From the NCBI GenBank assembly GCA_965644295.1, contig CBFFRP010000241.1, forward strand, positions 124,001-188,000: a stretch of 64,000 nt of DNA. The letters are read 5' to 3'. Every line of letters begins with the position of its first letter. Position 1 is the stretch's first letter. This DNA comes from Paraphysomonas bandaiensis. Lineage: Eukaryota > Protista > Chrysophyceae. Below the pieces are notes generated by a model. The model made no database searches and was not told the DNA's origin. It saw only the letters and a list, made by a program, of their open reading frames with translations. Both the position numbers and the translations under genes were made by a program. Positions 37,897 to 50,364 of this stretch are shown here, piece by piece.

Positions 37897-38199
37897 TATA
37901 TGAGAAGTATTAACTTAACAACAGAAGGTAACTTATACTCAAAGCTGAGAATTATAAATTATAATCAATGTCTCTTATCATTCATCAATATCATGTTGTC
38001 TCCACTACCACTCATTTCTCGTACGACGATCTTACATCGTCACTACAACTTGCATCGTCACAATATTCCGTTTTACCGCTATGTGCTTATCGTCATTCAT
38101 TCTCACAATACGATTAACAAGACTACAACTGTATAATACAGTAATTTAAATACCTTATAACTACAGCTTTCAATTGCTCTCATATAGCAGAACTCAACA
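37881..38199 (-). repeat. 5' LTR of copia 1
   Basis: Immediately followed by the PBS; contains the gag ATG at 37896. Confidence 0.95.
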
Positions 38200-38789
38200 T
38201 ATTCATGTTCAATATTAGAATTCGTACTGTCTGTGTCTGTCAAGCTATTCACCAAATAGTAAATTGATGCTGTCATCCTCATACAAACATGTTTTTTCTT
38301 AGAATCTGTAGTAGTATGCCAGTTTAAACAGTCAATGAGTAAGTGTCAGTATAGCGATCGCTATATCCGCCCAAACTATTATACTAAACTATTATTCGAT
38401 TCCAAACTATTCCGCCGTCATCTCTTTCATATCTATTACATACAGTATGATGTATGTATGTGAACAGGCGAAGAAATTGTTTGCTATTATTATTTTGACA
38501 GTATTGTTCAGTGGTTTTACTCTCCATCTCTGCCCATGGTGTGTTTTGATCGATTCATTCCTCTGATTTCATTGTTTCATTAATTAAACATTTCGTCAAC
38601 GAAGGAATTTTACGAAATTTTGGGAAAAGCTAGGGTTCTTTCCAGTATTGATGTAGAAATGTTTTAAAAGCTATTCTGTTTGTGTAGTAAGCCAAGAGAC
38701 AACAAAAAATATCATTTTGGTGTGGCACATACAGTATGTTTTCAGCAAAGCAAATCATACAACCTGTTTTCACACAGCATTCTGAAGAT

Positions 38790-39230
38790 AAAGACAAATA
38801 AATGGTATTGTTCAAACCCTATCTTCAATAAGGCCATTGTGAAGACTCAGAATGGGTACAAGGAATCTCTGACTCGTCAACTAAACGGATGCAGAAGAAG
38901 CTGAATCAGTGGATAGGGCTGTCGAATTGGCAAATGTAAGAAACGCTGCTGCTGCATTTGAATGCCACAGAGCTACCAAGAAGTTACGACGACAGCTTGA
39001 CCACAATCACGTATTCAGTACAACAAACGTTGCGGATCGTTTTTGTTCAGCCGAGCCATGATATTCATGACAATTTGCGACAAGGAGTGACCCCCGACGC
39101 CTCGAACTGCTGCTGTTCCTTCACTTCAACAAGCACTTGTGGACCGCAAAGACAGTACAGCAGGTCATCGATGATGGACTGTCCGATCATAAGAATGAAG
39201 ACGACAGTGACGAAGAGTTGGAACACTTAG
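38790..39230 (+). pseudogene. Fossil hAT-like transposase C-terminus
   Basis: Frameshifted PIFNKAIVKTQNG ... STTNVADRF ... RLELLLFLHFNKHLW; lies within the TIR-bounded element. Confidence 0.7.
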
Positions 39231-40108
39231 AGTATTAGTTGCTGCATTGTTATTGGGTTTTCATCATTTTGTGTTGTAACCTCTACTAACTAGTTACTAC
39301 CGATCGAGCTCATTTCTTCTTCTTAGCGCCCAATACATATCAATATATTGTAACATACTTAATAACTATTATTGGTCCTGAAAATATTATTATTATTTAT
39401 TTCTGCTGGTAATATATTATAATATATTGCAATATATTGTTGACTGGCCTAGTTTGTAGGTTATCCTCATGATATAAAAATGCTAAGTTTATAAAAATTG
39501 AAGTTTTATTAAAACTGGTGATCTGTATTTGTGTGGGGTTGGTTATTGTCTACCGGGTTGATACGGGAATAGGTATTACCGGCGGTGCTATGAGAGTTCA
39601 AGGACAGAAGCACATTTTCTGATATGACGAGATGCAGGTATACTTATTTATAACGCAGTTTCAGAACACCACTAAACCTGTAACGTCAAATTTCATTTAG
39701 GGGGATACTTCCATCTTATTTAAAAAAATATATTACACTCCTATTAGTGCTAACTAACCGGAATCCGAGGGGATTTCTTCCTCATGTGTGTTACATATTA
39801 TTCTACTTGAAATACGACAATGCATAAAGCATACAAAATATCCATGACTAACTTCGTTAGATTAAAAAATAAAACGAAATATTTCAAGAACTGCAAACCA
39901 CAAGGAACAACGAAATTGACGCACAATCTCAATCACAATCTCAACAGTGCAAATAGTATCGCTATCCAACAACACTATACAGCTCAAGTAATAATCCTCG
40001 AAATAAAAGAACAGGCCAGCAAAAAACTCTTTTCACAAACCAACCCATAAATAGGGCCAGCCAAAAAATAGGATCAGGTACATTGATCCAGAAATAGTAG
40101 TATAATAA

Positions 40109-41290
40109 TCATATATCTTCAAGAACAGAGAGTGCTTGTTCCATCTCTCCTGCTGTTGGTGGCCTCTGTCTTGTCCTGGGTCTCATCTTGGGAGGTGTCA
40201 GGCGGGTGGGGCTCTGCTCGGGGCTACTCGCAATCAGCATTTCCACTACCTCATCAGGGTGTGCATGCGCTTTAGAGTTAACTTCTTCCGCAATCCTATC
40301 CACACTGAGACGCGATATATCCGCATCGCTGTCCATACTAGAGCTGTAACCTATATCCCACCTACTTCCCCAATTTGGAGTGTTTACGCCACTTGATGTA
40401 CCAGAAGGTGTATGTATAGGTGTATTCGCCACAGACAGACATACAGGTTGAATTGTCTTGCGCTTGTGTAGCCGATCCATAGACACAGACCGTCGCAAGA
40501 TAGCCTTGTTCATACGGTTATCACGAGCAGACACTTCATGGGATCGCGACTGCTGGATAGTGTTGGGGCTATGTCGTGAGTGTGGGGACGGGCTACGAGA
40601 CGTGCACGGAGTACCGCGATCACACATTATGTTTGACTGAGTCGCACGTCCATTTCCATCAGATAAAGAAATGCCACGGCTTTCTGCTGCGTGTTGACTT
40701 ATATTAACAGTGGAGGCCACAGGTATAATTTTTGTACTCACTGTCCCCGACATCTTGGATGGTTTATGAAAAGTACCAAACCGTACGTACTCCTTCAACT
40801 TGCCCCACCTGGATGATATGGGCTTCAGCAGGGAGCCAGTTGCCACCTCACAGTTCATACCGTCGCTGTCACTACCACCCACTACCTCCTCCACCAGCAT
40901 TGTGTGTTTCACAAATTCTCTAGCTGCAGATGTATTTTCATGCAACCGTTTAATATCATGTGTCCACTTCTGAAGATGTGCTGCATCTGGAGGATACAGT
41001 ATACATTTACTGCGTAGACGACTGATCATACTATCACGAGAGGTTTGTAACGTAGGTACATATAATTCTGCATACATGACCAGATGATGGGCTTCATTAA
41101 ACGTCAAAGAGGATTTAAAGTTTGTATTATCTGAATACCACTCACGAAATTTTATAAAACCATCACTTGGATCACATAACTCACTGCACAGCACCGCGTA
41201 TATATCCTGCTCTATGTAGGGATTTAACGGAAACTGGGTGGATACTTTTGTCATTGCTGTTAAAAGAGTTGCTGTGTTTAAGAGAGGCAT
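40109..41290 (-). CDS. Hypothetical protein (helical N-terminus, Ser/Pro/Arg-rich disordered C-terminus)
   Basis: 393-aa ORF with no recognised motif; an upstream exon is possible. Confidence 0.6.
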   Translation of the reverse strand: MPLLNTATLLTAMTKVSTQFPLNPYIEQDIYAVLCSELCDPSDGFIKFREWYSDNTNFKSSLTFNEAHHLVMYAELYVPTLQTSRDSMISRLRSKCILYPPDAAHLQKWTHDIKRLHENTSAAREFVKHTMLVEEVVGGSDSDGMNCEVATGSLLKPISSRWGKLKEYVRFGTFHKPSKMSGTVSTKIIPVASTVNISQHAAESRGISLSDGNGRATQSNIMCDRGTPCTSRSPSPHSRHSPNTIQQSRSHEVSARDNRMNKAILRRSVSMDRLHKRKTIQPVCLSVANTPIHTPSGTSSGVNTPNWGSRWDIGYSSSMDSDADISRLSVDRIAEEVNSKAHAHPDEVVEMLIASSPEQSPTRLTPPKMRPRTRQRPPTAGEMEQALSVLEDI

Positions 41291-41600
41291 ACTTGGGATT
41301 GTTCTATGTGTGAATTAGATGCTCATATGTATGTATATGGGGGTATGATGTGAGTGTATGTATGGGTGTGTGTATGTACCGGATGAGGCTAATACACATA
41401 CATATATACATATACAGCCCAGCTAAATACTCATGAGATGATGCGGATTACAGGAGAGACTTGTGGTGATCTTCGGTTAGAACTTGTTCCATTATGAGTG
41501 GAATGGAATGCTCTGACACAACCTCGTAATGAGTATGTATATACATAGAGCACGTAGAGCAGGGAATATGCATATGTTGATGTTGATGAGTGTGTGCTGC

Positions 41601-42030
41601 GTATGTATGTATGTATGTATGTATGTATGTATGTATGTATGTATGTATGTATGTATGTATGTATGTATGTATGTATGTATGTATGTATGTATGTATGTAT
41701 GTATGTATGTATGTATGTATGTATGTATGTATGTATGTAGGTAGGTATGTATGTAGGTATGTATGTATGTATGTATGTATGTATGTATGTATGTATGTAT
41801 GTATGTATGTATGTATGTATGTATGTATGTATGTATGTATGTATGTATGTATGTATGTATGTATGTATGTATGTATGTATGTATGTATGTATGTATGTAT
41901 GTATGTATGTATGTAGGTATGTATGTATGTATGTATGTATGTATGTATGTATGTATGTATGTATGTATGTATGTATGTATGTATGTATGTATGTATGTAT
42001 GTATGTATGTATGTATGTATACCATATATG

Positions 42031-42064
<34 letters not shown>

Positions 42065-42185
42065 TGTATGTATGTATGTATGTATGTATGTATGTATGTA
42101 TGTATGTATGTATGTATGTATGTATGTATGTATGTATGTATGTATGTATGTATGTATGTATGTATGTATGTATGTATGTATGTAT
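41601..42185. repeat. (GTAT)n microsatellite, ~585 bp
   Basis: Near-perfect tetranucleotide run with a few GTAG variants and one interruption near 42021. Confidence 0.99.
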
Positions 42186-42327
42186 CCTTTACCGGGGTAT
42201 GGTATCGTATAGTATCGTATACTTAAGAGTGAATCAAAGAAAGATTGTTGTTACATAATCGCTCAGTCCTCATCGCCTCTCTCTACATCCACTGAGTATT
42301 CGGGACACATGTTCTGATAATATAATA

Positions 42328-45300
42328 ATGAGCAGCGGTCATCCGTGCAGTCCGCTAGAGACTATAAACGACATCCTGCTTAAAGGAGATCGCGACGGCA
42401 CCCCCTCTAAAGAGCTCACTGTCTCTATAGGGACATGCTGCAGACAACTTGAGTCCAACACGTTTCCTGAAGATGAATTTTCGTCGTTCCTGAGTGAAGT
42501 GCACGATCATATCGTTGTTAAGGACTCAGCTGTGCGGTCGGTGCTGCTACGAGCCATACGATACGGACTGAAGTCTGAGCACGCGTGTGAACTGCTGATA
42601 AAACATGTGAGATTAAGTTCAATCTTATCATTTGCGCATAACTCATTCTTGTGAAATAAAGGGTATTCATATTCTGGTTGTAGTTTCCCTTGAAAAGGAT
42701 AATGATTTTTCCTGGGAACGAATGCAAGCCTTGAAGCTCATTAATAAGTTTATGGATCTGAGCCCTGATTCATTTCCCCTTGCTTTCGCGAGGTCATTGG
42801 TAGCCGTGTCGATGGAAAAGAGTGACAACTTTCGTCGTGTAGTGTTAGAGTCATTACGTGAATTAGGTATCAAGAACACGAAAGTGGCATACGAGGCAGG
42901 AGCCTTCCGTGTACTCTTTGATGCAATCCTTGATCCAACAATCAGTTATCTCTCTGAGTCGATATTGATGACAATGCTTTATTTGCTAAATAGCCCCAAT
43001 ACTCGGTAAGGCGTGTACAAAATTATATACATCTACGCATTTTAATCGTCGTCATAATCATTTGTTTAATATACACTTTATTACAGATCGTTCGTACGAC
43101 CTCATTTGGACCTTCAGTGTTTGGTAAGCAGCGTACACTCTTATGAATCTACACTTTAGATTGATTTTTTCGTTGTTATGGTCTTATACTTAATGTGTTC
43201 TGCGCTATAATCCTGAAAACTGACCTCATATTTATGTCAGCTGTCGCCGTTCACGGACTTGGATACTGTCCGCGGGGATGATTCGTTGAAACGATGGGAC
43301 TTAGCTAAAGCCGCACTGGTAACGATGATGCGCTCATTCGGAGGGGTAGTTGAGTTGACGTCCGATCGTATGGGACTTCCCGCTGTAGTGCAACTATTGT
43401 CAGACCCCAATGTACGAGCCATGCACACTTGCATGCATGGCAAAGCATGAAAATCATTATGCTGCAATAATTGATGTAGTGAATATGAATTGTGGAGAGA
43501 TAAATAACCTCTCCATCTTCGATGCCCTATGCTTATTGAAATTTATGTGTGTATTTTAACAGGTATCAGCTGTTGTCAAGGATGCAATTTTAGATTGCAT
43601 AATGGAGATATTTGAGCCTGTAATAAACAAGGTAAGTTCGTATTGGTATAAACACCTTGCAATGTATTCCTTTGTGTATCGTTGTTTTTGTTTTCAGCAT
43701 ATTCTATGTCAACATTCTTTTGTCAATCCATTTTGTAACACCTCCTTCACATCGTTTTCCGTTGTAGCTGGAGTTCCGCAAAGCGCATGGAGCTGCTCAT
43801 GTTGTTCAACAGAGCCAGAATTCACCCACGGCCTTGGCAGCGATGAGCTCTCAGAAGACATCGAAGCCGCGGTTTGTCCGCAGATCAACTGTTGGATCTG
43901 ACTCTGATAGAGGTTGAAACATATACTCACTGTACATGCAAGAAATATGTATCAATGTCGAGACCGTTTTCAAACCGTATTTTGTGGAATTCATGTTTAA
44001 CTCACTTTTATGATTTGTCATGATGCAGTCAGTACAATGAACAATATGCGGGGTAGATCGAACACTGACGGTAGCCGCTTGACTCGAGATACCTCTATGT
44101 CAGATGAGAACTTTCATGGCGCCCATACGTGCAGACAAGACAGTATTAGTCGGATAATTAATGACGAGGACACTGGAGAATCTGACACGCTTACCCCGCT
44201 TCCGTCATCGTTCCGCAAAACTAATGCGGGTGGGACAGAGAGGCAGTCGAAATCTCCTGGCGGAGGGATAGGACGAGGAGGAAAGCGACTTAGCATGTGG
44301 TGAGTTGACGGTTGAGATGACGCCAAACTCTGTATTTTAAGAAAAAAACAATATGTATTAATTTTCTATTTTGTTGCATATGCATATTTTCTATCGGCGG
44401 TAGATCCTATCTATATCGTTGTGTTGAACCCTTCGATGATATGATGTGAAAGTGGAAGCTAAATTGATTTATGTTTATGTAGGACGCGCTTCACAACTCA
44501 TGCTGAGCTGGCGGAGAAGATCAGCGTTGGTAAGTTGTGAATGTTATAGATTAATTATTCGATGTTAATTGGGAATTTTTCAGATCCTATTTACAATATG
44601 CTTGACAACTACGCGGCTTTAATATGTTGCTCATTTATACACGTACGGCTCTTCGATAATCTTTGCTGGCTCTGCGCTCATGGAGACTTACATATATCTG
44701 CCAGGTTATTGTGTGTCAACGTGTATCGATAATGTGGTGTAGTTGTTCTGTTGTCTACGTAAGAGAAACGAACTGATGTTGTATTGCGCTGATTTAATAT
44801 ATACTGGGTGCTGATGGTGTGTAATAGATGCAAGGATGTAATGGTAGACCTGATGGGTGTAGTCTCGAAGGTTTGCACAGAGCGTGTCTGCAGTGAGCTC
44901 CTTACTCTTCCGTGTCTCATTGAGTATGCTGCCTCAGCAGCCGCAATGAAACATCCTGATAGGGCCTACAAGGCATCTGATATGCTGATTGCATTGTCTA
45001 ACGCCTTTAGTCTGTCGAAAAGTAATGATACAACCTACCGACAGTCGAGCCAAGACCTTCGGTCGTCCTCGTCGCACTCAGGTAACGTGTCCTTTTTTGT
45101 TTTCATTTCATCGATACTTGTTGTTTCCATTGTCTGAATAATGTTTGATTTGTGTTTAAAGTATGATATTTATTCATTTGTGTATGTCATATTTTGTGCA
45201 GGCGTTACGTCAAGTCGCGCATCGCGACGTTTTTCCGGTCGTACCTTGGAAGCTGTGATGGCGTCGAAAAATAATACCTCAGGAACCTCTCAAGGCACGT

Positions 45301-48292
45301 CTATATCTACTATTAGCACGGAGCTTGTGCAGACCTCTTATACCAGTGGAACTGTTAACTCGAAAAAGGCAGAAATGATTCACGAGCTGAAACTGTTTAT
45401 GAACGCTGTAATCGATAAGTCAGAGTGTACGAGACAAATGGAAATGTCTCGAATATTGGGAAAGGAAGGCAAAGAACCCTTCAGATGGGACTGGGCTGTT
45501 ATTAATGACCTCCTCGACTATAGTCTACGGAATGCTGACCGTCTAGGGGAAGCTTTGAAAACTAAGTTTATCAAGCGACTCTCAGGGTTTTATCGATGCT
45601 CGACGGAAGAGAAAGGTTACTTCGCCAATCTTGAATGGGAACCGAACCATTTGCATTACTTGGAATGTGCTTGCAATCTGTATACTATTCTAGCTGAGAG
45701 TGATAGTGGGCTGGGATTTCTGATGCATGATAGACGTGGACTATTGTTTGCAGAACTGGTTCGTGATCTCGAAGCAGTACTCACTATTGCTGCGGCCACG
45801 AAGACAGCTCAGCAGAATGGCCAAGTTTACGCAGTACCCCTGAGCAGGCACTCTCAAGTACTCAACGTCTTCCGCTCTGCGGGCTGTTCGCAGACAATGG
45901 CGAGGGAATATTTCTGCGTTATGGGTCGACTGTCCCATAGCCCTCAGGGGCGCCATCTTTTGAACTCCTGCCAAACGTATGATCACCTGAGTCGCTTGGG
46001 TCACTACGCCTCGTTGGACTATCTCAGTCGTGTGGCACTGACAGCATTGGGTTTTACAGATGGTGGGTTTATGTCTAAGGATCTGTTGCAGATATACACC
46101 ACATCAGGTGGAACTTCTCCGGATTTGAGGTTATACTGCCATACTTTACTCAGGGCACTTCTGAGGTCCAGGTCGCGGGAAGTGTGTGAGTGGGGCATGG
46201 AGTTAATGGTGGACCAGCTAGTGTACCCGCATGTTCCACGAAAATCTATCATAAGGTATATACATATTTTATACAGAGTCTATATGATATATGATGGTGG
46301 TGTGTTATCCTCTATTAGCAATCCGATTAACACGTACCGGATTTGTGATATTGGCAGTTTTAATATTCTATTTACAGATGTCTAGAGGAAGCAGCGCAAG
46401 ATAGAGAATATTTGAAAGAGCTCATTCTAAAGGAACCGGAAATTGTTGGAGATGACATGACGAATCTTTTGATTCGCTTTCTCGCACTTCCTGAGGGTTT
46501 TCACTACTTGAGCGCTTTGAATTGGGTAGAAAAGGAGCTTTCTCACTGGAAGTCTCATAAGTGTAAGGAGTATGCCAGTCGTGTCGAATTGGCGCTCGCG
46601 AAAGGCTTAAACAGTACGTACTTGAGTCGACAATACAGCCAAGCTGTGAGCCCCATACCTGTCACTGCACAAGCTTTTTCAAGCCATCCATCAGCTCCCT
46701 CTGGACTGCAATATCCGGATGGTGGAGTTGATATTGAGGGACTTCTGCGTATGCCGTGGAACATTGAGGTCAAAGTCACCGGACCGTCCGGAGTGGAGGC
46801 AGAATATGTCAAGGTGGATACATATTTAGATTCCTCTGAGCTTGGATGTCCTGCATCTAATGATATGACCTCTGATACTCTGCGATTGGTTAAAGTTCGT
46901 GGTGTAGTTTTGGACAAACAGGGAATTCCTTCCGGTCATGCAGTTATGAACGACCGCACACTGATGAGCGCATTGCTCTGTGGGGTTTGTCCTGTTAAGA
47001 GAGACGGGGTAGTCATGCCTTCAGAAGAACGTTCAACGAGCTCGTCGAATCCCATTTCGAATACCACGTCTGGTGACATGAGAGGGTCACTTGGAAATTC
47101 AACTGTCAATCACTCTATACACCGACGTAGAAAATCCGTGGCAGCTGCAAAGAGCTCATACTCCTCTCCAGATCTTCTAGGCAGTGTTAGAGGGTCATAT
47201 TGTGAGCCTGCGCCCGAATGGTCTACCAGTGGTGATGTACCGTTGACATTTTTATCCGACCACTTACAGGACTGGACGAAGTGTAAACCTTCGCACCGAC
47301 TGAAGCTTCGACAGATTGACATTCCCGGTACAGACAGATTTGCTGTTGAGATTAGTGGTGAACCGACGGTATTTATTTTTAGTCGCAATGCTCCTAGCTC
47401 TAAGGGCTCTGACCGCCATGCTCAAACGAGAATCGATTCTCGCCCGCAACAACCTTCTGTGGCTTACTTAGTGGAGGTACATTACGTATTGAGGCTACAG
47501 ACTGGCCAGGCTGCGTTTTTGCCCCTTCCGCGACACATGTATGGCGAGCTATCACGTACATCTGCAGGCATGAAGCTTATGCATTCGCAGAATATTATTC
47601 CAGACCTCCTTCTTCGAGCACAGGCCGTGTCAACACCTTCCTGTGACGTGATCGCCGCGCTATGGGCACTTGGACATATTTCGTCGTCTGAGAACGGCAT
47701 CCAGGCTATTATTGCGATAGATAAAAATTTTGTCGCGTGGTGCATTGAAATTGCGACTGAGAACCGGAGCTACTCTGTGCGAGCAGTGGCATTTACTGTG
47801 CTAGGTCTTATCAGCCGTACTGAGAAAGGAAGCCAACAATTGAGTTCCTGTGGGTGGGAAGCTGCCCCCATACATTACATTGCAGTTGCAGTGCCCAAAG
47901 ACCCGTCAGTATTGTTTGAGAGTGCGATAAATAATAGTCCAGATATGGAACATATGGGGCAGACTGAGTTGGCTATGAGCTCGCCATTCCACAGGCGATT
48001 CAGAGATACCACTACCTGGTTTGGTTTCGATGGATCTGATGGGGATCTTGAGAGCAATATTCTTCAATGTATTGCGAAGCTTCCTGGACAGCTTCTATAC
48101 AAGGACTCCTATGCGACCCTCATGAAATACCATACCTCTCACTCGGAGATGTTTCAAAGTCGCAAGTTGTATATGGCTGTGCATGATATACTCGCAAATT
48201 ACACATTTAAATTGAGTCTGAGGAGGATGATCATGGGCCTCTTTTCTCCAGGCGCGAAAAAGGCAGACGTGGTACATCATGGGCTACCTTGA
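42328..48292 (+). CDS. RICTOR: Rapamycin-insensitive companion of TOR (TORC2 subunit), multi-exon
   Basis: ERMQALKLI..RSLVAV..DNFRR, WDWAVI, LPRHMYGEL..T..G, AALWALGHI.SS..G and SVRAVAF.VLGLIS.T..G motifs; GT-AG introns, e.g. 42607-42661 and 43006-43086. Confidence 0.9.
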
Positions 48293-48626
48293 AATATGAT
48301 GTGTTGTAATAATATGAGTGCTTGAATGGACCCGTTGTAGTACCAGTAGTAGGACATGTCAGAGTGCATACACTAATAAACACGTCGTTCACACAATGCA
48401 TTGTAGCAATTTCTTGGCATCTGTACAACCGCACGCTTGCAATATGCATTCTTTCATTGCGACGAGTATTGATGTCAATATATAATATATATAACGATGT
48501 GCTCAAGAAAATGGGGCATAGAATAGTTTGTAAGGATTCTGGATAAAGTATAATACTTCGGCAGCAACCCTTAACTTATCATAATGTGGTAGTGAACGAT
48601 TTGAACAATCATAGTAGTGAATGTTT

Positions 48627-49052
48627 TATTATTAACAATTGGCGTGTAAGAGTCAGTGATTAACTCTGATTTCCTTTATTTAAAGCTGCTTGTGCCTCAC
48701 CACAAGCACCAAGGTGCAAAGCTTTTGCTCTATCACTCAAAGCAAACGCAGTGAACAAGCAAAATGCAGTTAAACCTGACATCTGCTGTCCTTGAGATGA
48801 AAAGCTCAGATGCTTGACTTCAGCAGGCAGTCCAACACTCCGGATTCCCTTGAGGTTGGTCCATTCCCGGATGCCTGTTTATTCATCAAGGCCCGAAGAC
48901 GTCTACACGTCTACACAAGTACTAAGCTATGAGTGGACAGAACAATATCTTCTGACTATATATGCTGTTAGAATGCGGCTCACGTTAGTTTCCAGGTGAA
49001 ATATCTCCGGTACTTACCCCACAGAACACCACGAAAAGGTGCGAGTCCGACT
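48627..49052 (+). repeat. Unclassified dispersed repeat, copy A
   Basis: Colinear similarity to 49465-49957 (gatgcttgacttcagcaggcag, cctgtttattc, gacgtctacac, gctatgagtgg, gcgagtccgact). Confidence 0.8.
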
Positions 49053-49464
49053 ATACCTCTATACCAAGAGTGAGTAGTCATTGATGAAGCTGTTGCCTTC
49101 TCCATTGTCTTTGTCCGTATTATTAGAAGTTCTGAATGTATGGCAGTTCAATGGATTAGACCTGCTGTCTACTGCTCAGAATTTAATAAGCGAGTATATG
49201 TGACTGCTCTCGGAGTAGCTTTACGGTATATCTTTCCGAACAATTTCATGTTAATTTCAGTTTAGAAATTGTATTACGTTAAGAGTGGATGTGACCAGCA
49301 AGCTTACCAAAATTATAAAAATTTTTACTTTCGAAGTATAATATGTGATATAGTTTATATATAGTAGTAAAAAAAATAGCAATTCTGTTACAATGTTACA
49401 ATGAGATAAGATTAATTTTATACTAGTTTAAGTTGTAAAGCATTTAAAATATATTGAAAGTCTT

Positions 49465-49957
49465 TTATTTAGCAATAGGCGTTAAAAGCCTGCACCGATT
49501 TAGTAGCTAGATGAATGCTAGTCAACCTAGCTAGAGACCTCTACCTGTACCTAATCAGTACAAACTCTATTATCCTACTACTTAACCCTACGAAAGCTGC
49601 TTGTGCGTCGCCGCAAGCACCAAGGTGCGACCACTTCCGTTCTGAGTCCTTAAGGTGAACATCCCGGATGCTTGACTTCAGCAGGCAGCCCAATACCCCG
49701 GTTACTCTTCAGGTGGGCCCTGTCCCGGATGCCCTTGTGGTGGGCCCATTTCCGGATTCCTGTTTATTCGTCAGGGGTCAGGGCCCAAAGACGTCTACAC
49801 AAGTGACACTTTTTAGTACACAAGCATTCGGCTATGAGTGGGCAGAATAATATATCTGCTGACTATGCTTGCGGCTCATGTTAGAGAGAGAATCTCTTCG
49901 GTACTTATCCCCCATACCCCATAACACCACGACAAGGGGCGAGTCCGACTTTGTTGA
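49465..49957 (+). repeat. Unclassified dispersed repeat, copy B
   Basis: As copy A; also matches 7221-7430 on the minus strand. Confidence 0.8.
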
Positions 49958-50364
49958 GGGCTTTAAAATATAATGTTTACTTTCTATGGAGATATGGAGT
50001 ACAAGAACAACGTATATAGACTACTATTTAAACTTACATCACGGTAAACTACATACAGTGCAATTTTCCTTTTAGCTAGCTGAATTGTGTTGACCATAGT
50101 CTCTTACTAACTGGATGAGAGTGATGATACGTTGAATGTGATGCGAGTTGTCAAGTTGATCGCGGTTTTCGTTTCACAATTAACTTATACTATTTCACTG
50201 TCGCTATTAAGAATTACTCAATTTATTGAATTCTGTACAACGTAATATAATATATTCTAAAGTCTAAAGTAGCACCCTAATTTTCTCAACTTTATGATAT
50301 CTACACATTTTGCTAAATTATAAAAGCACAATTATGTATAGTACAAATGTATTGCGCACTTCCG

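Larger units (their letters stand above)
32669..38199 (-). mobile_element. Ty1/copia LTR retrotransposon 1 (full length)
   Basis: 319-bp LTRs 32669-32987 and 37881-38199 (TG...CA, no difference seen); 5-bp TSD tattc; PBS TGGTAGCAGA; PPT GAGAGGGAG. Confidence 0.97.
32433..39452 (+). mobile_element. Degenerate hAT-type DNA transposon interrupted by a copia insertion
   Basis: TIRs cagggccagtcaacaatatatt / aatatattgttgactggcctag; near-exact 8-bp TSD ttagtagg / tttgtagg; decayed transposase inside. Confidence 0.8.

Noticed and set aside
41492-42258. YVCM/HTYI repeat ORFs
   Set aside because: Translations of the GTAT microsatellite
49005-49050. U1 snRNA or tRNA-SINE identity for the repeat (tacttacc)
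   Set aside because: Only a short match; no U1 stems, Sm site or B-box seen
49740-49790. Hammerhead ribozyme (CTGACGA...GAAA on the minus strand)
   Set aside because: No pairable stem II and the core is not conserved in copy A
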